From contig MSGS01000026.1 in the NCBI GenBank assembly GCA_001940855.1, forward strand, positions 33,754 through 97,753: DNA of 64,000 nucleotides, given 5' to 3'. Origin of the DNA: Christensenellaceae bacterium Phil1 (GTDB taxonomy: Bacteria; Bacillota; Clostridia; Christensenellales; CAG-138). The notes under the pieces are model-generated. The model had not been told where the DNA came from, made no database searches, and saw nothing but the letters and a program-made list of their open reading frames with translations. The position numbers and the translations under genes were made by a program. This document shows positions 19,851 through 27,927 of the stretch, in pieces. The number at the start of each line of letters is the position of its first letter. Positions within the stretch are counted from its first letter, which is position 1.

Positions 19851-19880
19851 AGCCATCGGTCAATCCGGTGGCTTTTGCTT
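19851..19880 (+). terminator. Intrinsic terminator after the methyltransferase gene
   Basis: agccatcgg-tcaat-ccggtggct (one G.U pair) followed by TTTGCTT. Confidence 0.5.
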
Positions 19881-19908
19881 GACAGCATTATTGCGCGTTT
19901 GATATACT
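19879..19908 (+). promoter_or_regulatory. Candidate sigma-A promoter of the ABC exporter leader
   Basis: TTGACA (19879..19884), an 18-nt spacer, then TATACT (19903..19908). Confidence 0.5.
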
Positions 19909-19944
19909 TAATTCGATAAATAACACCGTGAATGGAGAGGTTCG

Positions 19945-19974
19945 ATGAAAATTCGCATCTGGTTGGCCCTTTAG
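19945..19974 (+). promoter_or_regulatory. Candidate 9-codon leader peptide uORF (MKIRIWLAL*)
   Basis: SD GGAGAGG lies 6 nt before the ATG at 19945, with the stop at 19972..19974. The uORF sits in a leader of about 280 nt between the promoter and the exporter ATG at 20189. A T-run lies at 20043..20048, and gcggcacgaacag (19975..19987) can pair at long range with tgttctgtgccg (20048..20059). Confidence 0.35.
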
Positions 19975-20188
19975 CGGCACGAACAGTTGAATAATACCTT
20001 TACATATTACTGCTTTATGTGACGTAATATTCCCATCGCAGCTTTTTTGTTCTGTGCCGAATCAATTCCAAATCAACGCCGTTGCCGTTTTGCCTTTCGG
20101 GAGCCAAACGGCTGCTTATGAACAAAAAAAGAAAGAAAGGTGCGAATTGCCGGCCTGCTGCGGGCGCCGGCAAAAGCAGTATAATACA

Positions 20189-21781
20189 ATGAAAAATATA
20201 ATAAAAGCCCATCTGAAGCCCTTGGCGGCTTGCCTTGTTTTCGTATTCGTTGCCGGACTTGCCGGAACATATGTGCAGTTTTTGAAGGGAGAGCTGCTGG
20301 ACGCCGCGCTTGAGGGCATATCGTCGGACGTGTTCAGGCTTTCGGCAGCATTCTTCGCCGTTGTGGCGGTTGAGCTGGCCGCGTATTACGGCTACGATTA
20401 TTTCCGCGGGCGCTTTTCCGTTGCAAACAAAAATTCCATGCGCGGCCGGTTCTTTGATTGGCTGCTGGCGCGCAGTCCGATAGAGATTATGAGCGTGCAG
20501 CAGGGCGAATTCGTCGCGCAGTACACCGACCAAATAGACCAGGTTAACGACGGCTATCTCGACAACATTCCCCTGCTGATAGAGATTTCCTCAAAGGCGG
20601 TAACGGTAAGCGCGGCGCTGTTCTGGCTGGATTACCGCATAGCCGTTCTGACGCTGTTTTTGCTGACCATGCCGCTGTATGTGCCAAAGCTTATAGAAAA
20701 AAGGCTTCAAAATGCCAAAAAGGAAAGCATAGACAGCTTCCAAAAGCATCTTGGAAATATTGTGGAATGGCTTTCAGGGTTTGAGCTTATAAAAAACTAT
20801 TCCATCGAAAGGGTCATACGCTCTAAATTTCAAAAAAGCAACGATGATGTTTCGGTCAAGCTGTTCCGCTTCAAAAGGATAACCTATTTATCAAAAACCA
20901 TTACCGCGCTATTGTCCTATATGAGCCATTTCATAGTAATAGTGGCTACGGCGGCGCTTGTTTTAAGCGGGGAGTTTTCCGCGGGCGATTTCTTTATCGC
21001 AGTCGGTCTTATAGACCAGCTTTCATACCCCATAATTGCCATTTCCGTATATTTGCAGGAGTTTTTAAGCACAAAGCCCCTTGCAAAAAAGCTTGAGGCG
21101 CTCTTTGAACAGACGGCGGAGGACGGCAAAAGGACGCTGGATATTCCGAATATTGACAGCGTGGCCTTCAGGCACGTCTGCTTCGGCTATGGGGATGCAG
21201 CGCCGTTATTGAATGATTTTTCGCTTACGGTGAACGCGGGCGAAAAATGCATCATTACGGGGCCGAGCGGTTCGGGCAAGTCAACAAGCATGAATCTGTT
21301 GCTTGGGTATTACGAACCCCGCAGCGGCGAAATACTGATAAACGGCGCAAACGCCTTTTGCGTGAAAGGGCTGAATGAAAGGATAGCCATTATGCGGCAG
21401 GATCCCGTTCTGTTCAACGATACTCTGCGCAACAACCTTACCATGTATCGTGATATGGGCGATGATGAGCTTATTGCGCTGCTGCAAAAGCTGAATCTGA
21501 GCAAATTCGCATCGCGGGAGGGGCTGAACGCCATAATCAGCGAGGGCGGCAGCAACCTTTCGGGCGGCGAGCGCAAAAGGATAGCGCTTGCCCGAACATT
21601 GCTGCGCAAGGCTCCCATCACCATAATTGACGAGCCGCTTGCCAACGTGGATTCGGAAACCGCCGAAAAAATCGAGGATATCCTCAGCGAATTATCGGGC
21701 GGGATCGTTTTTGTCATCACGCATCATTTTTCGGAGGACAAGAAAAAGGCTTTTGCAAAGGAGTTCCGCTTAAGAGCATAG
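20189..21781 (+). CDS. ABC exporter, fused permease/ATPase (type I exporter half-transporter)
   Basis: Six-TM N-terminal domain. Walker A GPSGSGKST, signature LSGGERKRIALAR, Walker B ITIIDEPLANVD. The start is taken at MKNIIKAHLKP; the track ORF begins at 20054. Confidence 0.85.
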   Translation: MKNIIKAHLKPLAACLVFVFVAGLAGTYVQFLKGELLDAALEGISSDVFRLSAAFFAVVAVELAAYYGYDYFRGRFSVANKNSMRGRFFDWLLARSPIEIMSVQQGEFVAQYTDQIDQVNDGYLDNIPLLIEISSKAVTVSAALFWLDYRIAVLTLFLLTMPLYVPKLIEKRLQNAKKESIDSFQKHLGNIVEWLSGFELIKNYSIERVIRSKFQKSNDDVSVKLFRFKRITYLSKTITALLSYMSHFIVIVATAALVLSGEFSAGDFFIAVGLIDQLSYPIIAISVYLQEFLSTKPLAKKLEALFEQTAEDGKRTLDIPNIDSVAFRHVCFGYGDAAPLLNDFSLTVNAGEKCIITGPSGSGKSTSMNLLLGYYEPRSGEILINGANAFCVKGLNERIAIMRQDPVLFNDTLRNNLTMYRDMGDDELIALLQKLNLSKFASREGLNAIISEGGSNLSGGERKRIALARTLLRKAPITIIDEPLANVDSETAEKIEDILSELSGGIVFVITHHFSEDKKKAFAKEFRLRA

Positions 21782-21866
21782 CCGCACGGAACGCGGCAGA
21801 ACCGCAGGGGCAGGGCATATCGTGAGGCAGCCCACTCAAGCGCCAACCGTAACCGGCAAAATATAA

Positions 21867-21900
21867 CCCTCCGTATGCACCAAGGCGTGCGGAGGGTTTT
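21867..21900. terminator. Hairpin plus T-run between the convergent ABC exporter and vanZ genes
   Basis: ccctccg(tatg)cac-caagg-gtgcggaggg followed by TTTT. Confidence 0.45.
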
Positions 21901-21942
21901 GCTGTATGCATAAATTAAGCCGTTGCGGGGCGCGGAGCGGGG

Positions 21943-22488
21943 TTAGGCTTCGCCGCCCGTTTTATGCGGGGATGCTTTTTTTGAAATTGCTTTGCTGCAT
22001 ACAATGAACGCGGCGTAGCCTATGCACGCGCCGAGGGTGTTCATAATAAGGTCGTCAATATCGCAGCTTCGGCCTATAAAGTATTGAATAAACTCGATTA
22101 GGAAGCTTGTGCCGAAGGCTATCAGCACCGTTTTCCACCATGCCCTTGTGCGCTTAAAAACAACGGGGCACAATAGCCCGAACGGGATGAACATGCCTAT
22201 GTTGCAAAGGAGCTGAATAACCATTCTGCGGTATCCCATGTCATACGTTTGGCTCAGCCAAACAAACGGATGCAGATTAAGCATATGATAAGCATTGCCA
22301 AACGATATGCCGCCCCAGAATATGGTAAGGCTGACAAGGCTTAAAATATAGGACAAAAATACATAGCGGGGGATATGGTAGGCAAGCGGCATTTTCCGTC
22401 CCTTGCGAATAAGCGCATATACGGCGTAAATTACCGCGCCGAGTAAAAACATGGGCACAACATTGAACAAAAAGGTTCCTATAATCAT
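21943..22488 (-). CDS. VanZ-family membrane protein
   Basis: FIPFGLLCPVVFKRTRAWWKTVLIAFGTSFLIEFIQYFIGRSCDIDDLIMNTLGACIGY matches the VanZ-like fold signature. The ATG at 22488 has SD GGAGG 7 nt upstream; the track ORF extends to 22560. Confidence 0.8.
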   Translation of the reverse strand: MIIGTFLFNVVPMFLLGAVIYAVYALIRKGRKMPLAYHIPRYVFLSYILSLVSLTIFWGGISFGNAYHMLNLHPFVWLSQTYDMGYRRMVIQLLCNIGMFIPFGLLCPVVFKRTRAWWKTVLIAFGTSFLIEFIQYFIGRSCDIDDLIMNTLGACIGYAAFIVCSKAISKKASPHKTGGEA

Positions 22489-22540
22489 TTCAGTACCTCC
22501 AATCCGCCCTGTTTGGCGGGCAATGAACGACGGTAGACGT

Positions 22541-22600
22541 AAGTAAAGCATACCATGCAAATATGAACAAATCTACCGCCTGCGCAAAAAAGCCCCCGAA
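22541..22600. repeat. Direct repeat copy A (terminator tail plus promoter-like segment); partner at 23864..23926
   Basis: A 29-nt perfect core tgcaaatatgaacaaatctaccgcctgcg at 22556..22584 is identical to 23879..23907. The flanks add about 15 to 20 nt of imperfect match. Confidence 0.7.
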
Positions 22601-22626
22601 TTAGATGGGTGTTCATAAAGCAGTCA

Positions 22627-22656
22627 ACGGAGCGTATCGACAAAGATACGCTCCGT
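22627..22656. other. Perfect 12-bp stem hairpin
   Basis: acggagcgtatc-gacaaa-gatacgctccgt followed by TTCTC. It sits between repeat copy A and the tandem repeats. Confidence 0.5.
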
Positions 22657-22660
22657 TTCT

Positions 22661-22863
22661 CATGCCAACATATTAGTAAAAAGGTGCAGCCCCTTGGCTC
22701 TCCCCTTGGGAGAGCTGTCACCGCAATGTGACTGAGAGGGCGTTGCAGCCTTTTTTGAATCTCATGCCAACATACTATGTAAAGGGGTTCAGCCCCGTGG
22801 TTCTCCCCTTGGGAGAGCTGTCACCGCAGGTGACTGAGAGGGGGTTGCGGCCTTTTTTGAATG
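22661..22863. repeat. Tandem direct repeat, 2 units of about 101 nt, each with two hairpins and a T-run
   Basis: Unit 1 is 22661..22762 and unit 2 is 22763..22863. Both start with catgccaaca. Both contain gctctccc-ctt-gggagagc, then gtcac-loop-gtgac, then ctgagaggg...gcagcc/gcggcc TTTTTT. Confidence 0.75.
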
Positions 22864-22904
22864 ATAATATCATTGGGTGTTGTCTTTGGTATGGTTATTG
22901 TTTG

Positions 22905-22955
22905 CCCTCTCCGTCCTCGCTACGCTCGGCCACCTCTCCCAAGGGGAGAGGCAAG
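22905..22955. repeat. Related short structured element (cctctcc-caa-ggggagagg hairpin)
   Basis: ccctctccgtcctcgctacgctcggccacctctcccaaggggagaggcaaggg shares the ctcccc/ggggag hairpin theme with the tandem units. Confidence 0.35.
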
Positions 22956-23022
22956 GGATGATAGCGCGGTACACTGAAAGGTGTACATAAGCGCGTCCTT
23001 TATCGGTTCGGCAAATCGGGCA

Positions 23023-23790
23023 TTATAAGGCCAATACCGCATCCAGACACAATGTAAGCGCATATTCGTATGCATTGCCGCCCCAATGCCGTTCGTCATA
23101 TTTATCAACATCGGCAAGGCTATCTGCCGTATATAATATCATTCCAAATGTAGCTTTTCTGAAAGCCGCACACGCCGAAAGTGCCGAGCACTCCATTTCC
23201 ACAACGGAGCAGCCTTCGCTTTTACGATACTCTACTTTTTCTTTTGTTTCACGGAAAAAGCCGTCTGTTGACCATGCTACGACCTCCTGATATTTCATAT
23301 GGTGTTCAAGCACCGTTTTTTCAATAGCCCTTCTTGCTCTTTCGCTGATTTCCATAAAGCGTGAAGGCGGCGCATAGTGATATGATGTTCCTTCATCACG
23401 CAATGCTTTACTTGGTATAAGAAACGTGCTTTCCTCAAAATGCTCAAGGGCGCCGCAGCTGCCGGCGGAAATGATTTCGCAGACCCCATAGCCTATTAGC
23501 CAGTCAAGTATTTGAACAGCCGCCGCCGCACCGACGGGGGCTTGACAAAGAACGATTTCCTCCCCTTTATATTTGGTTATATAAACAGGGTAATTCTTGG
23601 TGGCGCTGATGAACGACGATACTTGTTTGGCATCGGTTTTGTAAGCATACTCGTCTATATAATTGCCAAGGAATGCAAACACGCATTTCTTAGGAAGATC
23701 GAGATTCAAATTTTCATGAACGGGGCTTATTACTGCCTTTTGTTCCGTATCAAACTCCAATATAGGTATATCGTTTTTTATAATTCCCAT
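23023..23790 (-). CDS. Nucleoside phosphorylase family protein (PNP/UDP-1 fold, uridine phosphorylase-like)
   Basis: About 255 aa. GAAAAVQILDWLIGYGVCEIISAGSCGAL and SEGCSVVEMECSALSACAAF (EME-type motif). GC is lower than in the neighbouring genes. Confidence 0.75.
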   Translation of the reverse strand: MGIIKNDIPILEFDTEQKAVISPVHENLNLDLPKKCVFAFLGNYIDEYAYKTDAKQVSSFISATKNYPVYITKYKGEEIVLCQAPVGAAAAVQILDWLIGYGVCEIISAGSCGALEHFEESTFLIPSKALRDEGTSYHYAPPSRFMEISERARRAIEKTVLEHHMKYQEVVAWSTDGFFRETKEKVEYRKSEGCSVVEMECSALSACAAFRKATFGMILYTADSLADVDKYDERHWGGNAYEYALTLCLDAVLAL

Positions 23791-23863
23791 GCCTCTACCC
23801 CGCAAATACTGAAAAACTCAATTAAGACCGAAGCCTGTCAAGTACGCAGCTCCCATTTTATTT

Positions 23864-23926
23864 AACTAAAGTATACCCTGCAAATATGAACAAATCTACC
23901 GCCTGCGTATAAAAACGCCCGAAGCC
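23864..23926. repeat. Direct repeat copy B (partner of 22541..22600)
   Basis: Carries the same 29-nt core at 23879..23907. On the minus strand it follows the degV terminator (cgcccg..cgggcg + TTTTTA) and precedes the nucleoside phosphorylase gene. Confidence 0.7.
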
Positions 23927-24031
23927 TTTGCTGCGGGCGCTTTCAATGTCAATTATGCTGTTCGGCCTTTCGGCTTAGGGGTCATTCGGCTCCCCTTTCG
24001 CCGAAATCATGCGCTTATGCGCCTATGCGCC

Positions 24032-24916
24032 TCAGTCCACCCTTTCGTCGCCCCAGAAGAACAGCGCAACCGTGCCGGGGCCGGTATGGCTGCCGATGGT
24101 GGTGCCTACGCTGTTTATCTCCACCTTGCCGTTAAGGTGCGGGAACGCGGCCTCAACCTGGTCCGCAACGTAACGCGCGTCCTCCATGCAGGCGGATTGG
24201 GAAATATAGCACTTGCCGGAATAATCAAGGCCGTTTTCGGCATGCTCCTTCATTTTTTCAACTATTGCGTTGAGTACCTTTTTCTTGCCGCGTATTTTAT
24301 AGCGCGGGATAAGGCGGCCCAGGTTATCCATATTCAGCAGGGGGCATATGTTCATCACCGTGCCAAACCAGCCCGCGGCCTTGGATATGCGCCCGCCCTT
24401 AACGTAAAACGTAAGGTCGGTGGAAAGGAACCAATGGTGCAGGCGCAGCCTGTTCGCCATTGCCCAGTCGTAAACCTCGTCTATGCTCTTGCCCTCGTCG
24501 CGAAGGTCCGCAAGCTTATCCATAATAAGGCCGTAGCCGGAGGACGCGCCAAGGGAGTCCACGATGAGTATCTTGCGCTCGGGATATTTTTCGCTCAGCT
24601 CCTTTGCGGCAAGCGTTGCGCTGTTGCTAACGCCGGAAATGCCGCTTGAAAGGGAAACGTGCAGAATGTCCTTCCCCTCTTCAAGGAAGGGGGTGAAGTA
24701 GGCTATGAATTCATCGGTATTTATCTGGCTTGTGCGGGTGTCCGCGCCGTTTGCCATAGCGGCATAGAACTTATCGAACGGGATCGATTCGCCAAGGTCG
24801 TCCGGATAAGCCTTGCCGTCAAGGAAAAAGTGGAAGCAGATATAATGAATATCCCTGGATTCGAAATGCTCGCGCGAAAGGTCCGCCGTGGAGCAGCAGC
24901 TAAGAATATATGCCAT
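24032..24916 (-). CDS. DegV-family fatty-acid-binding protein
   Basis: MAYILSCCSTADLS...HVSLSSGISGVSNSATLAA...TIGSHTGPGTVALFFWG are typical DegV motifs. The ATG at 24916 has SD AAGGAGG 7 nt upstream. Confidence 0.9.
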   Translation of the reverse strand: MAYILSCCSTADLSREHFESRDIHYICFHFFLDGKAYPDDLGESIPFDKFYAAMANGADTRTSQINTDEFIAYFTPFLEEGKDILHVSLSSGISGVSNSATLAAKELSEKYPERKILIVDSLGASSGYGLIMDKLADLRDEGKSIDEVYDWAMANRLRLHHWFLSTDLTFYVKGGRISKAAGWFGTVMNICPLLNMDNLGRLIPRYKIRGKKKVLNAIVEKMKEHAENGLDYSGKCYISQSACMEDARYVADQVEAAFPHLNGKVEINSVGTTIGSHTGPGTVALFFWGDERVD

Positions 24917-25051
24917 AGGTAATCCTCCTTGGATCAAACGTATCTAATATGCTTTATTATATTACATGGCTGTGCATATGTCAAAGACTACGTTGCTAAA
25001 TGGGCCATAAAATAGTATAGTATATGTGATATTAAATAAGGAGAGTACCGC

Positions 25052-26470
25052 ATGATGCAGAATGTTTTTACAAAAACGCTTGAACGCATAACCAAAGAGA
25101 CCGGCCTTGTGGGCGGCGTAGCAATAGTATTCAAAAACGGCGAAATAACCTTTGCCGTGCCCTATGGATGCGAGGACAGGGAGAATAACATCCCCATGAC
25201 GCTCAACGCTTCCTTCGACATTGCCTCATGCTCCAAGGCATGGACGGTGATGCTGGCGGCGCAGGCCGTGGACGAAGGGCTTATCGGCTGGGACGAACCC
25301 GTTCAGCACGCCATGAAGGATTTTGACATGCTGGATCATTATGCGGGCGCGCATCTTAGCATACGCGATATGGCAAGCCACAGAAGCGGCCTGCCGTGCC
25401 ATGATTTTATGCGCAACAAGGTGGGCGGCAGCCGCCGCAACCTTATGCTCAAATGCGCCAATCTTGACGCGAGCGCGGGCTTCAGGGAAACGTATCAATA
25501 CAATAACCATATGTACATTGTGCTTGGCTATCTTATGGAGGTGCTGCGCGGTGGCGAAAGCTGGGAAAGCCAGATAAAGCGCAACATAGCCGATAAGCTT
25601 GGCGTGGAGACAATACGCTTCCGCGGACTTCCCGGCAACATGGATAACCTTGAACGCGCGCTGCCCTATGTTTCCGACGGATACGCGGCGCACCGCTGCG
25701 AATATTCCGATTCTCCGCTTTCCGGCCCCTGCGGCGGCATAAAGGTGAACGTGAAGGATCTTTCCAAATGGGTAATGGCAATGGCGCGCGGCGGCGTATG
25801 TGAAAGCGGGGAGCGGCTTTGCAGCGCGGCGCAGTACGCGGCGATGACCTCGCCCGTTATACCATCCGCCGAGGAGGACATGGATTCCCTGCGCGGCTGC
25901 TGCTACGGACTTGGCTGGCACACGGGCGTATACAACGGGCGCGACATAGTGTTCCACAGCGGCGGGCTTGAAGGCTTCAATACCCAGGTTGGCTTCATAA
26001 AGGGCGAAAACAGCGGCTACGCCATGATATTCAATACCGGCACCACTCCCGCCTCCGTAATAGCGCGCACAATGGCGCTCGATATGCTGGCCACCGGCGC
26101 GCCCAAGGCAAGCTATGACGATATGATAGACGCATGGCTGAAAAAGCGGGACGACATGATTGCCACGATTAAAAACGGCGTTGAGGGCGAGGACGTGACC
26201 ATAGAAAACGCGCCGCAGCTCGTTGGCACATACGAGCATCCTGCCTACGAAACGTTTGACGTGGAAAACCGCGGCGGCAGGCTTTGGTTCAGCTACGGCA
26301 GCTTTGAAACCCCGCTCTCCTTCGCCAAGGCGGACGGCATGATATGCGGCTACACCGGCAGGCTGGACGGCCTTGTTCCCGACCATATCGAGCTTTGGCC
26401 CGACGGAAACGACCTGAGGCTCAGGACGAGCGATTCGGAGCTGAAGATGCTGTTTAGGAAGATAAAGTAA
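25052..26470 (+). CDS. Serine hydrolase of the beta-lactamase / class C PBP-like family
   Basis: 472 aa. SxxK motif SCSKAW, YxN-like YNN, and HSGG in place of KTG. Confidence 0.85.
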   Translation: MMQNVFTKTLERITKETGLVGGVAIVFKNGEITFAVPYGCEDRENNIPMTLNASFDIASCSKAWTVMLAAQAVDEGLIGWDEPVQHAMKDFDMLDHYAGAHLSIRDMASHRSGLPCHDFMRNKVGGSRRNLMLKCANLDASAGFRETYQYNNHMYIVLGYLMEVLRGGESWESQIKRNIADKLGVETIRFRGLPGNMDNLERALPYVSDGYAAHRCEYSDSPLSGPCGGIKVNVKDLSKWVMAMARGGVCESGERLCSAAQYAAMTSPVIPSAEEDMDSLRGCCYGLGWHTGVYNGRDIVFHSGGLEGFNTQVGFIKGENSGYAMIFNTGTTPASVIARTMALDMLATGAPKASYDDMIDAWLKKRDDMIATIKNGVEGEDVTIENAPQLVGTYEHPAYETFDVENRGGRLWFSYGSFETPLSFAKADGMICGYTGRLDGLVPDHIELWPDGNDLRLRTSDSELKMLFRKIK

Positions 26471-26484
26471 AAATACGGAAGTAT

Positions 26485-26513
26485 GAAAAAAGTGGCCTTG
26501 AGCCACTTTTTTA
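26485..26513. terminator. Bidirectional-looking intrinsic terminator
   Basis: AAAAAA-agtggc-cttga-gccact-TTTTTT. Confidence 0.7.
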
Positions 26514-26561
26514 TTTATGTTATTATATTGGGCAAATTCAGGGGAAAGGCGGTAAGACGGC

Positions 26562-27815
26562 ATGCAGGAACTGTGGTACAGGCCGATTGTATTGCTTATT
26601 GTGCTTGCGGGGATATATTTTACCGTGCGCACAAACCGTGTGTTTTCCCAAAATCTGCATAACGATACAGACGTATCCTTTCTGTTCAACCGCTGCGGCA
26701 AGCCGCTGCGCCGCGCCTATGCCGCGGGCATATTGATGCAGGCGGGGGAAAACATATGCTTTCCGTTTATGATAATGCTGCGCATGGCGATCGCTGCTGG
26801 CGGAGCGGGAGCAATAGTATGGTTCGCGGTGTTCTCGCTGCTGCTCAAATGCGTGCAGGGCGCAATGGGCGCGCTCGGAACCTATTATGGCAGGGCGGGC
26901 AGCACGGCAGCGCTTATAGTGCGCTCCGCAAAAAGAAAAAATGCAGGCACGGGTAAAAACGGTGCTGCGGTAATGCTGGGCATACAGGCGGCATTCACGG
27001 TGCTTGGCATAGCGGCGGCCGTGTTTGCCGCCCCAAAAGGCTCAGACGGAGGCGCGCTTATATATGCCGGTATTGCCGCGGCGACAGCGGCGCTGCTTGT
27101 ATGCGGGCGCGGCAGGGCGGCAGGAGTCTGCGTTGGGGGAGCGTTTGCCGTGTTCCTTGCGGCGGCCCTTTTGCACAATGGCGCAAACCTTATGCTTATA
27201 ATAACGATTATGTTTACCGATGCCGTGCAGCTTGGGCGCATAGTGTTTGCCCACAGCGGCATGGGCCTGGGCGCATGCATGGGCGCGGGCGCGTGCCTCA
27301 GCGCCGGGCTGTTTTTGCTGAATGCGTATTCTGCGGGCGAAAATGCGGATATGTTCCCGCACCCGATATATGCAGCCGTGTATTATCAGCTCAGGTGGAG
27401 CGCGGCTGTAATAACGGCATTCGTAGTGGGCATGCTCATGCTCTGTTTTGAACTTGAAGCGGACGCTAACGGAACTACCAAAGCAATAATGGCCGCGTTT
27501 GTGTGCTTTTTCGGTACGCGGCAGCTTATTTGTGCAATAAAACGGCTTTGGAAGAATATGCGCATCAACCGCGTGGTGTGCATTGCGGCGGGCGTTGCCG
27601 CGCTGATAACAGTGCTGAAAAAAAGCGCGCTGAGCGCTGCGCTCAACGTTATTGCCTGCGCAGGCATGGCGGGGCATATAATATATGCCCTTAGCGACAG
27701 CGGGTGGTATTTTGCGCTGATGGAAGATTATCGCGACCGCTGCGTTTGGCACAGCATTCCGCATCCGGATCTGATGGCGGAGAAGGAGCAGGACACCGGA
27801 AACGGGGATATATAG
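26562..27815 (+). CDS. Polytopic membrane protein, highly divergent alanine/glycine:cation symporter (AGCS)-like
   Basis: 417 aa and very Ala/Gly-rich. The N-terminus WYRPIVLLIVLAGIYFTVRTNRVF and the segment AIAAGGAGAIVWFAVFSLLLKCVQGAMGALGTYY resemble AGCS TM1 and the GGPGAVFWMW region, but the GTGNI-type motif is absent. Confidence 0.45.
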   Translation: MQELWYRPIVLLIVLAGIYFTVRTNRVFSQNLHNDTDVSFLFNRCGKPLRRAYAAGILMQAGENICFPFMIMLRMAIAAGGAGAIVWFAVFSLLLKCVQGAMGALGTYYGRAGSTAALIVRSAKRKNAGTGKNGAAVMLGIQAAFTVLGIAAAVFAAPKGSDGGALIYAGIAAATAALLVCGRGRAAGVCVGGAFAVFLAAALLHNGANLMLIITIMFTDAVQLGRIVFAHSGMGLGACMGAGACLSAGLFLLNAYSAGENADMFPHPIYAAVYYQLRWSAAVITAFVVGMLMLCFELEADANGTTKAIMAAFVCFFGTRQLICAIKRLWKNMRINRVVCIAAGVAALITVLKKSALSAALNVIACAGMAGHIIYALSDSGWYFALMEDYRDRCVWHSIPHPDLMAEKEQDTGNGDI

Positions 27816-27828
27816 CTTTTTTGCAATT

Positions 27829-27844
27829 ATGTGAAGTTTCACAT
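27829..27844. promoter_or_regulatory. 16-bp perfect palindrome upstream of the opp operon
   Basis: ATGTGAAGTTTCACAT lies about 85 nt upstream of the oppB ATG. An extended -10-like TGATATTAT sits just downstream. Confidence 0.3.
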
Positions 27845-27927
27845 CAGCTATTGATATTATCACGACATTCATGGGTTATAATCCAACAAAATAAAAACAA
27901 AAAACGCCAGATTGGAAAGAAGGAGCT

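Noticed and set aside
22728-22961. A 77-aa ORF (…PLGELSPQVTERG…), with a 97-aa counterpart at 60824..61117.
   Set aside because: Both are translated entirely from the structured repeat elements. The peptide motifs simply mirror the repeat consensus, and there is no SD.
27829-27844. The palindrome ATGTGAAGTTTCACAT might have been a Rex or CRP/FNR box.
   Set aside because: The half-site spacing is wrong: TGTGAA-N2-TTCACA here, versus N4 for Rex and TGTGA-N6-TCACA for CRP. It is kept only as an unassigned candidate operator.
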